From positions 558,001 through 622,000 of the forward strand of contig MU004199.1 in NCBI GenBank assembly GCA_010093605.1: a DNA stretch of 64,000 nucleotides, in the 5' to 3' direction. Below, piece after piece: positions 12,485 to 25,400 of this stretch (positions within the stretch are counted from its first letter, which is position 1; each line of letters begins with the position of its first letter). This DNA is from Lophium mytilinum (Eukaryota). Below the pieces are notes generated by a model. It was given only the letters and a program-made list of their open reading frames with translations, searched no databases and had not been told where the DNA came from. A program made the position numbers and the translations under genes.

Positions 12485-14193
12485 ATGGCCGTCCTCGAAG
12501 AAGTGTTGCGCGGGAAATACCCCGCGAAGACGCACGCGAAGAAAGTTGTGCAGTGGATGCGCGAGCAGGGCGCGGAGGTGGGCGAGGGGACGCTGTATTT
12601 GGAGGGGCAGAAGACGCGGATGATTGAGGATAATGATGAGCCGGTGCCGTTTAGGTGAGTGTTTTATTTGGGGTTTAGAGTAGAGCTAGAAGAGGAGATG
12701 GGGCTGATGCAAAAGGTGGTTAGGCAACGACGATACTTCTTCTATCTTACGGGATGTAATCTGCCGGATTGCTACTTCACGTATGATATCAAGACGGAGA
12801 AGTCGACGCTGTTTATTCCGGGCGTCGATCCGGAGGAGGTGATTTGGTCGGGGTTGCCGATGAGTGTTGAGGAGGCGTTGGAGAGGTTAGTGGTGGTTTT
12901 CTTTTGTTTGGGGGGTTGGGGAGAGATGCTTTGTTGTGGTTTTTTTACCCTCACTTCTTCCTTTCTCATCTCTCTCGACTATTCATTTTCTTGTTGTCGT
13001 ATACCTTGCTTTTGGTCGAGGTCTTCTAAGTGGTGACGACAATGCGCTATTCAACTTCTCCTTTTCTCAGCACGCTCAGTTCTCCTTTTCTCAAGGTCAA
13101 TGTCGACTGCATGGTGTTACTCCCCTGACACACAGCCAGCTATGAAGTCGATGCCGTCCTCCCCTCATCCGAGTTAAATCCACATCTGGCGTCGGCTTCC
13201 AGTTCAAAATTCACCATCTACGCCATCGCCAGCCAAATCTCCGACGACGTGACCTTCCTCTCCTACAACACGAAAAACGTCGAGCTTCTAAAACCCGCCA
13301 TTGAATATGCCCGTGTGACAAAGACACCATATGAAATCGCCCTCATCCGCCATGCCAACTCCATCTCGACGACCGCCCACATCGCCGTCATGCGCGCTGT
13401 TGCCCACGTCTCAAATGAGCAAGAACTTGAAGCTATCTTCCTCAAGAACTGTGTCGAACGCGGTGCAAAGGAGCAAGCCTACCACAGCATCGTTGCCTCC
13501 GGCACTTCCGCTGCAACCCTCCACTACGTCAAGAACGACCAGCCGCTCGACAACACGCTCAACCTTCTCCTCGATGCCGGCTGCGAATGGGACTGCTACG
13601 CCTCCGACATCACGCGCACATTCCCCCGCTCCGGCACCTTCTCCCCCGAATCCCTTGCCATCTACAACATCGTTCTCTCAATGCAGAAGCAGTGCACCGA
13701 AGCGCTGAAAGCGGGCGTGCTATGGGACGACGTCCACCTCCTCGCGCACAAGATCGTCATCGGCGGCCTCCTAGAACTCGGCATCCTGCGCGGCTCCGCC
13801 GACGACATCCTCGCTGCCCGTACCTCCGTCGCGTTCTTCCCTCACGGCCTGGGACACTACCTCGGCATGGACACGCACGACACGGGCGGGAACCCGAACT
13901 ACGCGGACAAAGACCCGCTCTTCCGCTACCTGCGCGTCAGGGGGACGTTGCCGGCGGGGAGCGTGATTACGGTGGAGCCGGGCTGCTATTTCTGCCGCTT
14001 CATCATCGAGCCGTATTTGAAAGACGAGAAGCATAGCAAGTACATCGATGAGAGCGTGCTGAAGCGCTACTGGAGTGTCGGGGGTGTGCGGATTGAGGAT
14101 AATATCTTGATTACGGAGAGCGGGTATGAGAACCTCACGCCGACGCCGAAGGAGGTGAAGGAGATGGGGAAGATTATCAAGGGCGAGGAATGA
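12485..14193 (+). CDS. pepP: Xaa-Pro aminopeptidase/prolidase (M24B)
   Basis: [70 protein letters not shown]. Introns at 12655-12723 and about 12886-13139. Confidence 0.93.
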
Positions 14194-14937
14194 GAGATTG
14201 TGACATGGGAGGAGGTGATTGAGTTGACGTTGTCAGATGTTGAGTTCTGAGCGAGGTGTATAGTAGGCAGGAAAGGGAGGTGCTAGTGCCTTTCGAATCC
14301 TCGGCGGCGGGCTTGATAGAAGGAATTGAGGCCTTTGAATAGGCCGTCCTTCGTAGGGATTTTGCCTACGTTGAAATTGCTCTGAGCCACGTCCTGCGAT
14401 GCCGCCCCTTTTCCAAAACCCACGAAATATCGAGGTGGTCTGGAAGCCTGGAAATGGAGTTCATTACTACAAGGCCTATAGAAAATCGTGTTTCGTACGC
14501 TTTTGCATACTCTCAAAGCTGTCTAGGCCACCTCTAGTCCTCCCCACCCCTTCTAAAGCCCCTAGAAAACGAAGCTAATTCAGAGCTGTAACCTACGCCC
14601 TCTCTCCCACAGAGCCTGAATTAGCTCCATCCTCGCACGCATTGGTCTGCAAATTCGGTGCGAGCTCGTGGCGCCTCACGAGCCGTTACGTCTGGAGCAC
14701 CTTAACCCGAATTTGTCAATGCTTGGCTCTATCGTTGCTTACTCGACACCACTTATGGGGTACCCGGGCTGCTGAATTGGCGAAGAGGCATGTTTAACTT
14801 ACACTGCTTAAAACTCGACACTGCCCTTGCATCTTCGAAGCCCTGTAGGGGGGCAACCCAAGCAGTGGCAAACCAATACATCCAGGCCTAAACCCTATAA
14901 CCAGAGATCCCATACTCCGCTCCATTTTCCAATGTCA

Positions 14938-16402
14938 TCATTTCCCATTCTCAGCCTTCCGCTTCTCCAGCACCATCAGCTCTTCGCAAATCTTCCACAT
15001 CTCTTCTGCCTTCCTCTTCCCCTCTTCCTTGAATTCCTCCGCGCATAGTCGCCCAAACCGATCTGGATGCCACCGCAATCGCTCTTGCCGCAGCCATTCG
15101 TAGCTGTAGGATCCAGAGCCTCGGAATAGAGCTTCTACATCGTGTAAGCAAGCTCTAAGACCTAACGGGAGAGATTTGGAGGGCAGACAGGAAGGGGAGG
15201 CGCAGAAAGTCGCGGCAGACGGAATATAAGGGAACCCCTGTATGAGAGCTGGTCTTGGGGTGGTCGATGGTGAGGTTACTGGGGCGGGAGTGGGTGATCT
15301 TCGACGCGGTGCGCGGCTGGATGAGCGTCTGGGGTGGCGATAGGCGGACGCGGCAGCGAAGACGGTAGCGCATTGGGATGACCATGACTCGTAGTGAGCT
15401 TGGGAAGAAGGGGAAGGGGTGCGGCGTTGAGATGGTTTGGGCGGTGGTGGCTGTGACTGAGGCTCCCCTTGGGGAGTGCTTTTCCGGGAGGGCGGTGGTC
15501 GGCTTGGACTGGGATTTGAAGTGTGGGAGGGTCTCTTCTCAGAGATTGGCTTTTGAGGTCGAGAGAAGTACGACGAGGCAAAGGCTTCCAGTGCATCAGT
15601 ATTTGAATCATCGATCGCACCGGCCCAGGTGCCGTCTTCCCTGATGGCAATAAACTGGTCCTCATGGATTGGATCGAAGGCAACAAATGCGAGTTCACTC
15701 CAGTCGAGATCTTCTTCCTCCCACTCCTCCCAGGTCTCGGCTAGCGCTTCGTACTCCTCGGGAATGTCCCATGCGACCACGCCGTACTCGGAAAGGGCAA
15801 ACCAGGCTCCTTCAGCTCCTAGTGCGACTGCTCGCGGGGGTCCGACTTTCCAGCCAGATGGGCTGAGCCAGCTTTGGATGGTGTCTTCGAGAGATGATGG
15901 GATGCCTGACCAGCGGATGGATGTCTGGTCCCAAGCGAAGAAACTGGACTTGGGACCAAAGGATACGCGGAGACTCTTGTCGCGGCGGGGGCCTAGTGTG
16001 TTTGGGTCGAATAAGTACGCTTTTAATGCTTTAGGACATCCATCACCGAAGTCTGTCGCAAGCATTTAGAATCACAAACACAAAAGCAGAGGCATATTAC
16101 TCGCATTAAGCAAATAGGGCACCAAACTGCAATGGAAGACACATACCAATCTTGAAAGAGCCCCCAATATCAACGTACGATATGACCCACGATTCTTCCT
16201 CTGGGCCAATAGCAGCCCAGCAAATGGTTGAAATGGAAGCGGAAAGCAATAGTCTATGTAAAGTAGGAGGTGGGTTGCGACTAATAGTACGTCAAACTTG
16301 AAATATCTTATGATAAGAGAAAATATCGTACTGTCTCAGCCCAGTAGGCGATTTCGAGATGTATGCATCATTTGGGCCAAATGTAAAGAAATACTGATCC
16401 AT
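14938..16402 (-). CDS. Unknown protein A (~439 aa): five-repeat N-terminal domain, P/S/R-rich linker, C-terminal helical domain with RWHPDRF
   Basis: Exons 16402-16332, 16280-16147 and 16052-14938 have canonical GT-AG introns and total 1320 nt in frame. The protein starts MDQYFFTFGPNDAY. Confidence 0.8.
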
Positions 16403-16723
16403 GGCATTACGGTGTTTGACCGAAGAATGAGGCTATAACAATGGAAAGTAATTGTGCAATAGAAATTGCAACGAAACAAGGCGGAGAGATGCCATGGAGG
16501 GCTACCAGAGCAGGTGTCGCGGTGGAGTTCGGCGGAGGAGATGGCCGAGGTGGTGTTTCAAGGGGGTCCGTGATGGCTGATGTCATGGTGTTCTTCCTTG
16601 GTTGGACCCTGGCTCTCTTCCAGCCTCAACTTTCCCTCATCCATCAACAAATGTGCTTTCACCAGCACGAATGCTATGGAGCGATAGAGGAATCACTGCT
16701 TTTGAGCAGCGTCCCCCAAAAGC

Positions 16724-17706
16724 ATGTTCCAGGACAACTTCATCACCTTCGGTCAGAGGGGGGGTTACTACTTCGGATGCGAGTCAAAACAATGCCAGTA
16801 GGTCAAGCAACCCCTTTTCTGGACTGCCTGTTGACTTCGAGTTAGTGGCTCCACGCCCAAGAAATTGAGAGACGTCCTTGAGAGTGACGATACAACTGAG
16901 GTATATCACGTGACGCTTGGTGCGGCATCAAGCTTTTTGATAACCTACAAAGCGAAAGGTGGATCAGTTAAGATTCGTATGTCTGTTCATGTTTCTCCCG
17001 AGTATTGAACGTTAACTCTGATTTAGAGAGTGACGGTCTTCCCATCCATCTTGAAACTTTCCTCTCGGAACGGGACCGCTACGACCGCTACGCTCGCGAT
17101 CTCAGAAACATTCGCGTGACACTGGGCCCAGAAAATTCCTCCTGGTATGCCACCGATGGCAAGTCATGGATGTGGCAAAACCTCCCCAGGAATCTTGAAT
17201 CCGCTCTACATTCTCAGAAGTCTTCAGCTGGGAGCTGGACTTCCCCACCTCGCATCGTTGCCCTCGGCGCCGACAGCGACTTTCTCCTAATCACAGAGAA
17301 CAACGCAGCGTTCTGGAGCTTGAATCAATACCGGACCCTACGCAAGATGATTCAATTCTCCAAGACGCAGGTGAGCGGCATCTCCGCGATCAAAGACGTG
17401 GTGCTTCACTCTTACCGATATCAGTGTTTTGTTGCGGAGTCAAGCAACGGAACTCTGATATCTGAGAACGTGCCTCCGCACTCGCAACGTGATATAGACG
17501 CTTTTAGACAGGCTCTTAAGGTAGCTGCGGAGAGGAAACTGTACCGCACACCGTCACGCGCTTCGCCTCCTCTGCAAGCTACTCTCCGCCGTGAGTGGAC
17601 GGACCATGCGAGGCAGACTGGAGACGACCTCGCGAGGGAGATCAAGCTGAAGATGAAGGTGAATGTCAGCATTAGTGCCGGCTCTATTGCAAGGCTGTTT
17701 GGTTGA
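16724..17706 (+). CDS. Unknown protein B (~294 aa), diverged paralog of protein A
   Basis: Exons 16724-16797, 16846-16976 and 17027-17706 total 885 nt in frame. The protein starts MFQDNFITFGQRGGY and shares repeat motifs with protein A (PPRIVALGA vs PPRAVALGA). Confidence 0.8.
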
Positions 17707-18419
17707 AGAATCAGAGAATAAGTCTAATGTAAATGGAAAGCTCGAATGAGGTGAACGCTACCTTGGGTGGTAGTGTTTACAGAGCGTAAGGGGACAAGAG
17801 AGTAAAGAGAAGAAATGGAATCTACAGGATTCGAACTCCCAGTCGGCGGCCTTCCGGGCATAGCGGGCTCGTGACGTCGAGAACGACGGCGAGGCTATGC
17901 TCAATACACTGTGCTCTTAGCGCCGAGGATGGCGGGAAGCATGATAAGCCCATTGGAAGGTGACGCACTTTGGTTACGAAACACCAATCTTTGTCAATCC
18001 ATATACCATCAGTATGTCGAGGAAAAGGCTCATTTCCTTCTATTCACCTAAATGACTATCAATCTGTTGCCGCAATCATCGTATTGGAACACCCCAAACC
18101 TCTCGGTTCGTCATCTTAGCTTCCTTAATCACGTGGCTTGATCGTCGCCCTATGAACATACTAAGAGAGCAAGGACGTCCGTTTACAGCGTAGACCCAAT
18201 GCGTTTCACCTACTATCAATGCTGGCGTGCAGCCCAGCTCTATTGCGAAGTCGTTTGTCCCGTTGTAGAACTCTTTCCATTACTTCGATACTGTATCTCC
18301 TCCAAACCTTACTCACGACTCAAAACATCCCTCACGTCCCAATCAATAAAAGGGTAATTTGTAGTCTGGAAGTCTATACCATTCAACACTCGCCAGACGA
18401 TCCAGCTTCTTGCATCATA

Positions 18420-18605
18420 TTAGCACACTCTACAACTGCTGGGGGCACCTGGAACGGCTTTAAATTCCGAGATACGATGTAAAGGCCAACATAGTGGAGA
18501 TTGGACTACCTTTTGACAAAGCTGATACTTGCTAGCTAGGTGCTCCTAACAGCGGTGTTGAGTGAGCAAGAATGAAGCCGAAGCAGTGATGTATTCGTGT
18601 ATTCG
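18420..18605 (+). repeat. Copy 1 of a diverged ~180-bp direct repeat (copy 2 at ~28430-28605)
   Basis: Shared collinear blocks GGGGCACCT, ATTCCGA, CGATGTAAAGGCCAAC and AGTGAGCAAGA. Confidence 0.7.
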
Positions 18606-19297
18606 TGTGCCTAAAGTTATTCTAAGGTCCTATGCTTTCCATTCACCGTCGCGCAACTTCATTTCAAACCCATATAAACTCCATAGCGGCATCCACCTCG
18701 CTTGCTCTATCACCATCAGTTCCCACAACCACTCTTCTTTCGCAAACACCCACTTGCCAAACATCCCAGAAACTGTGTTTGTGCGGTACTCTTGCAATGG
18801 AGCGCAACCGTCTCCTCCCCAGCCTCCCTCCCGTCTCACTCCCCTCTCCACTATCCAATAATGTCCAGACCTCGACAACACCCGCAATGGACTCCTCCAC
18901 TGGTCGCGACGTAGTCAACCGCTCCAATCTCAGGAATGAATCAGAGAAGTCTTCCAACGAAGGACACGAAGATACTGCCAACCAGGGCCAAGAGCTCGAA
19001 GAGACTATTGATGACGACAAGTGGGTCGAGCAAATGCTCGCAGAGATTGCGAAGGTAGAGGAGGTACGCATGTCTTCGGGCTACCCCATGCTATTCACCA
19101 CCCGACAATCTGCTGACGGATAATGTAGGAACTTGATCGCATCGAGAAGCTCATCCCCCAAGCTCAGGGCCCTGTTTCCTCCCACCAAGCGCAAGCCTTG
19201 TCCAAGTCCACCGCAGAGCCTCCGAAAAGCATCGACTCGGCCGCTGAACGCCTTACCCGTCTACAGGAGGAACGACTCGCTCTGGAGGTACGATTCG

Positions 19298-19427
19298 TGT
19301 TGGAAGTTATCAATCTGACGCTCTTGGTCACGTGACTTCCGGGACTGCCGGTCACGTGCAGGCCTCTCCTGTAGTATATATGGGCGATGCCCCTTAAGTT
19401 AAATATAATTAAGGATTTACTTTAACA
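19298..19427 (+). repeat. 5' LTR
   Basis: TGTTGGAAG...TTTAACA, 121/130 identical to the 3' LTR. Followed by the PBS-like GGTTATAAGCCCG. Confidence 0.95.
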
Positions 19428-22400
19428 GGTTATAAGCCCGGGTACTCTATACCTCTAACCTATCTTTACTATATCTAATAGTTATTTTAATAACTCCCTT
19501 ATAAAAATATTTACTTAATATAATACTAAAGAGAAGCTAAAAGCTAAAAATTCTACTAAGTATACCTTTTCTTCTATATTCTCTTCTATATATATAAAAT
19601 TCCTAGATAACCTTACTACTATTATATAGAATATAATTTTATATAATAAGTTTAAAAAGGCTATATACTATTTTATCTATTTCTACTACTTTTCTACTTC
19701 TTATCTTCTTCTATATTAAAAATACTATCTAATTTATATATTTAACTACTAAATATAAGTGTAGCTTAAGAAAGGGCTTTAAGTATAATATAGAATATAA
19801 ATATTATAACTAAATAAAATTGCCGCTACGCTGCCAGCGCACTTCTAAATAGTAAGAATAAAACTAAGAAAAAGAAGTTAAAGAATATATATAACTTAGC
19901 TAGTATATATTAAAATAGCGAGGGCTTATATAGTAAGAGCTAAAAGAGTAAATAAAGCTCTAAGAAACCTACTTTAGTTATACTAGTTGCACTAGTTAAT
20001 AATAATAACTTAGATAATAATAATAATAATAATAACTTAGAAGATAACCTATATTAAAGACTAGAGACTAGTTTAGATAAAGTAGAGAAATATAACTCTA
20101 ACGCACCTATACTACTACCTACGGACGATAAAAATAACTTATTATACCTGCCTAGCAATACTAACGCGGAACCTTAGCCGCACGCTAAGAAAATAACTAG
20201 TAAGTATTAGAAATGGAAAGCGTTTAAGCTAAGCCCGCTATAGTAACTAAGTCTACGCTAGATAAGCCTACTCTAGGCGGGTCTACTCTAGTAGAGTCTA
20301 CTATTATTTCCGCGCTGTTAGAGTACTCTAATTAATAAGAACTATAATATTAGTAACCTAGATCTATAGGCCCGGGCGCAGGTTATAGAGGGGAATATTA
20401 ATATACCGCTGTAAGAATATACTTAATAATATTAATAATAAAATAAGTACTTCTATTTATACCTAAATAGCCCCCTTTACTTCTATCTATAATAATACTT
20501 ACTAATAATATTAAATAACTCTAACTTAGTCTTACTAGAGAAGAAATAGAACGCTGCTATAAAGCTTCTTAAAGGCTAACTAAAACTAAAAGGTTTAAAT
20601 AACTTTACTAACTAGAATCTATACTTGCAGCTCTATATAGAAATATATAAGTTTACTACTATTCTTAATAGTACTAAGCCTTAACTAACTACTAGAAATA
20701 TTACTATTAATATGTAGAAATCTAAAGACTATCTTATTTAAATACTAATTCTTAACCGCGTTAAATAGAAACCGCTCTAACTAATTTATAGAGTAAAGAT
20801 AGCTTTTAAAATACTATAGCGCCTATTACGCTACTATACTATTAGAAATGTAACTAAGGTAAACAACCTATAAAAAGAGTACCTAGCTATTACCTATAAT
20901 ACTTTAAAATCTATAGATAACTTCTATTAATAACTTAAGGTTGCTAATACTTAACTTACCGCCCTTAATCCTGCCTATAAAATGCCTAAATAGTTCTAGA
21001 ACCTATACTTTCTTAACGGCCTATCTAACGCCTTTATAGTATAGAGAGATAACTTCTTTAGTAATAATAAAGACGTTACTAAAGTTAGTTTTAAAATAGA
21101 TTTTAATAATATTAAAAGTAAAGTAATTACCTAGAAAGTATAAATGCAAGGTAGTAATATATACATTAACTTTATTTAAGATAGTAAATAGAATAGTAAG
21201 AAGACTATAGACTAGCTTAAGGTATAACTAAAGAAAAAGAATACCTAGTTCTAGAAGTATATTAATATAGTTAAACCCTACTTAACCTATAATATAAGTA
21301 AAGGGGGGTATAGAAGAGAAGAATATATTACTCTAGCCTATTAACTCTATAGATAATAGAGTATATAATACGGAGGCTTATAAGGTCTAGCTATCTATAG
21401 CTAAGCTAGCTTATAATTAGGAGGATAAGGCCGCGGATAAGGGGGGAATAGCTCTAAGCGCTAGCAACTAAATAATATAGAAAGTATAAACTTTATAACT
21501 ACCTTTAAAACTCTACTTCTACTATATAGCTCTAACGCATTATTATATATTATATAAACTACACTAATATTTCTGTAGAAATAGAATATAAATAATAAAA
21601 TACGCTCTATACCTAATATAACTGCCTTAATCTCTATATTATAAGATACTATTACTACTACGCCTTCTCTTAATAATAATATAACCTAGGTATAGTATAT
21701 TAATAATATACTAGAGCTAGTTTTCTTTATAAAGCTAATAATACTATATAGCTAATTCTAATAGTTTATAGACTTAAGCGCTTTAAGATATTATATAGGC
21801 GATATTAAATTATTTAAAAGCCTATAACTATTACTATACTCTATAATAGTAATAGATATAGAGGGAAGATACATCTATAGATATAGTAAAATAGTTAATC
21901 TATAAGTAGATATCTATAGAGTAAAGAAGACCCTAATACTTATAAATATACTATATATTTTAGGCATTAACTTTAGCCTAATTTCTATTAACTAACTCTG
22001 CGGCCTAGGTATCTACTCCCTTATTAAAGAAGGCATCTTTAAAATTAGATAGAATAATACTAATAAAATTATTATAGTTACTAAAAGCCTAGGTTTAAAT
22101 AACTTATATATACTATATACTATTAACTCTATAGAGTCTATCTAGGCTATATAAGTCTTCTATATAGCTATTAAAGAAGATACTACTTTTATAGACCTAT
22201 AGTACTATTATATAGAATATATAAGTCTAGCGCGGATACTATAACTATAGAAAGTTATAAAAGGCGTTAACTTAAAGTCTAGGGGCCTTAAATACTATAA
22301 AATTTATTCTTTTACTAAAATGCAGCAACGGAACTTTACTACTAAAGCTACCTGCGCGTTAGCGCTACTTATATACATCTACCTTAATATTAGCGGACTA

Positions 22401-25400
22401 TATCTAGCTACCTTCTAGGGAGAACGCTACTATCTTCTCTTTATATATAACTGCTCTAGGTATATATAGATAGAAATAATAAAGATAAAAGGTAAAGTAG
22501 TAGAAAAGATCTAAAAGTTCTATATTATAATTAAAAATTAGTATAGCTATTAGCTAAAAATACTCTATAGTAATAACAGCGGCGAATTTATTAACTTCTT
22601 AGTTAAATAGATCTACTAGAAATATAGAATTCTTTATAAACTTACTACTTCTTATAACCTAAAATAGAACGGCACGGCAGAAATTAGAAATAAAAAGATC
22701 TAGAATATTACGTAAGCTTTACTTAAGAACGCTAATATATTTAAACTTACTTAGTTAGAACTAGTTAAGACTACTATCTATATTCTAAACTAACTACTAA
22801 TTTCTAGCCTTAATAATAATATAATACTATATAAAGCCCTCTTTAGTAAGAAACTAGACCTCTCTTATATACGCGTTATTAGCTTAACTAGTTATATACC
22901 TATTCTATAAACTATATTACTAAAGAAAATAAATAACTACACTTATAAGTATATCCTTCTAGGCTATAGTAGTACTTACTAATACTAAGTATAGTTACTA
23001 AAACTAGAATAAATTACTCTTATCCAGCACGCAATCTTTAATAAGAAAGAAGTATATAAACCCTATAATTTCTACCTATAGATTAATGCAAACTAAGAAG
23101 CACTAGAACTCCGCCCTACTAAGAAACAACCCTAGTCCTAGAAGAGGCTAAGAACCTAGACGCTTACTATTAACTAGCGTCTAGATAATAAGCTATAGCT
23201 ATAATAATAAGTTAAGACTAAGCTTAAGGGGGAACTATTATATTATATATAGTTAAAATATTATATTAGGGTTCTTATAACTAATACTAGTAATATCTAT
23301 AATCTAAATATAGCTAATATATAGAAACTTATAATTAAAGAGCTTATAGCTAAGGTTAAAACTATAATTACCCGCCTATAGTAACCTAACTTTATCTATA
23401 CTAATATTAGCTATACTATATAAAGCCTAATATATATAGTTAAAGTACTTTAAGCCTATACCTATAATATTATTACTACATCTACTAAAACTAATTCTAT
23501 AGAACCTACTATATATAAGTAGGCTATATAATCTAAGTAATATACTAAATAGAATACAGCTATAAAAGATAAACTAGCCTTACTAGTAGAAAATAATATA
23601 TAGTCTATAGTACCCTATCTAAGAAATATAATAAAGGTTCTATAAGGTAAATAGGTATATAAACTTAAGCAAGATACTAATAGATATATTAGCCGCTTTA
23701 AAGTATAATAGGTAGTACGCAGTTTTAAATAACGCTATAGAATTAATTTTAATAAAACCTTTACTATAATAGTTAAACTAATAAGCTATAAAGCCCTATT
23801 CGCCCTTACTGCCTAAAATAGTTAGTATATCTATTAAATAGACATTAAAATAGCTTTTCTCTATAGTAATATTAATAGAGATATATATATAGAATTACTA
23901 GATAGTACTAATACTTTAGGTTAAGTCTATAAGCTAAACCGCGCACTCTATAGTCTAAAATAGTTACCGCGCATTTAGTACTAAACGCTAGCTAAATTCC
24001 TAGTAATAGTTAACTACTTACTAGCTCTAGAGAACTATAGCATCTTTATCTATAAAGAAAATAGTATAATCTTAATAGTATATATTAATAACCTGCTAAT
24101 TTTTAGTCTAAATAAAAAGAATATTACTAGCCTAAAGGCAGTACTTACTATACGCTTTAGCATAACTAATATAGGTAATATTTTCTACTACCTAGGTATA
24201 TAAGTTATAAGGGATAATACTATAGTCTACCTCTACTAGTTATAATATATTAATAAAATTCTTAAAGACTTTAACTTTAAAAACCTCTCTATAGTTAAAT
24301 AACTAATAGTTAGTAATAGCTATCTACTACTAGCGCTAGATAAATACCGCGCCTTAGAGGAATTTAGGGTATATTACTAGTTAGCTATTAGATTACTAAT
24401 ATACTTTATACTAGGCACGCAGCCTAATATTATATATATAATTTTATAAGTTAGTTACTTCTCTACTAATCTAATAGAAGCCTATTAGAGCGCTATTAAG
24501 AAGATCTTCTACTATTTTAAAGGTATAAAGACTCTTAGACTTATTTTTAGTAAAGTAAACCTTACTAGCTTCTCTAACACTAATTAGGTAAGAGATTATA
24601 ACTAATAGTCTACTAGCGGATACGTCTTTAAACTTAGAAACGCCGCTATTAGCTAGTTATCTAAGCGCTAAAATATAACTATACTATTAAGCTATAAAGC
24701 TAAATATATTACCGCAGCTAAAGTAGCTAAGAAAGCTATCTAGCTAGAATATCTACTAGCGCGCATTAGATATAAAGGGGACCCTAAAATTATACTACGC
24801 GTTAATAATAAGGGCGCTATTAGCCTAGCTAAGAACCCTATTAGCTATAACTAGATAAAATATATTAAACTCCGGTAGCACTTCCTCCGCAAGAAAGTTA
24901 AGAAAGAACTAATTAATATTAAGTTTATTAGTACTAAGGAATAAACTACTAATAGACTTACTAAGCTACTATTAGAAGATATCTTTAACTAATTTATTAA
25001 AAATATAGGCCTTAAATACTACCCCTAAAGCGTAAGTAAGGGGGAGTATATACTAATAAAGCACGCCCTATATTAGTTATAGCTTATATTCTTTAACTAG
25101 CGCTAGTAAGGGCCTATAATACGCTACTCTATACTAAGAATTCTTTAACCTATATTAGTTATAGTAGTTAGTACTAGTAATTCTAGTAATCTATATTAGT
25201 TAGAAACACCCCTAGATATACAGCCGGTCTACTTCTACGCTAGAAAACTAGCTTAGAAGATATATAGATATAAGCTATAATATATAACCTAATATTATAT
25301 ATAATATATATATAATATAGAAATATACTCTAGAGTATAGAAGAACTAAGATAGTATTATCTTTACGCTAATAATATTAATAGCGTCTTCTTATATAATT

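Noticed and set aside
17815..17900. B-box-like GTTCGAATCC on the minus strand, suggesting a tRNA
   Set aside because: The T-stem does not pair (GGGAG/CCTGT), and I could not build a cloverleaf or find an A-box.
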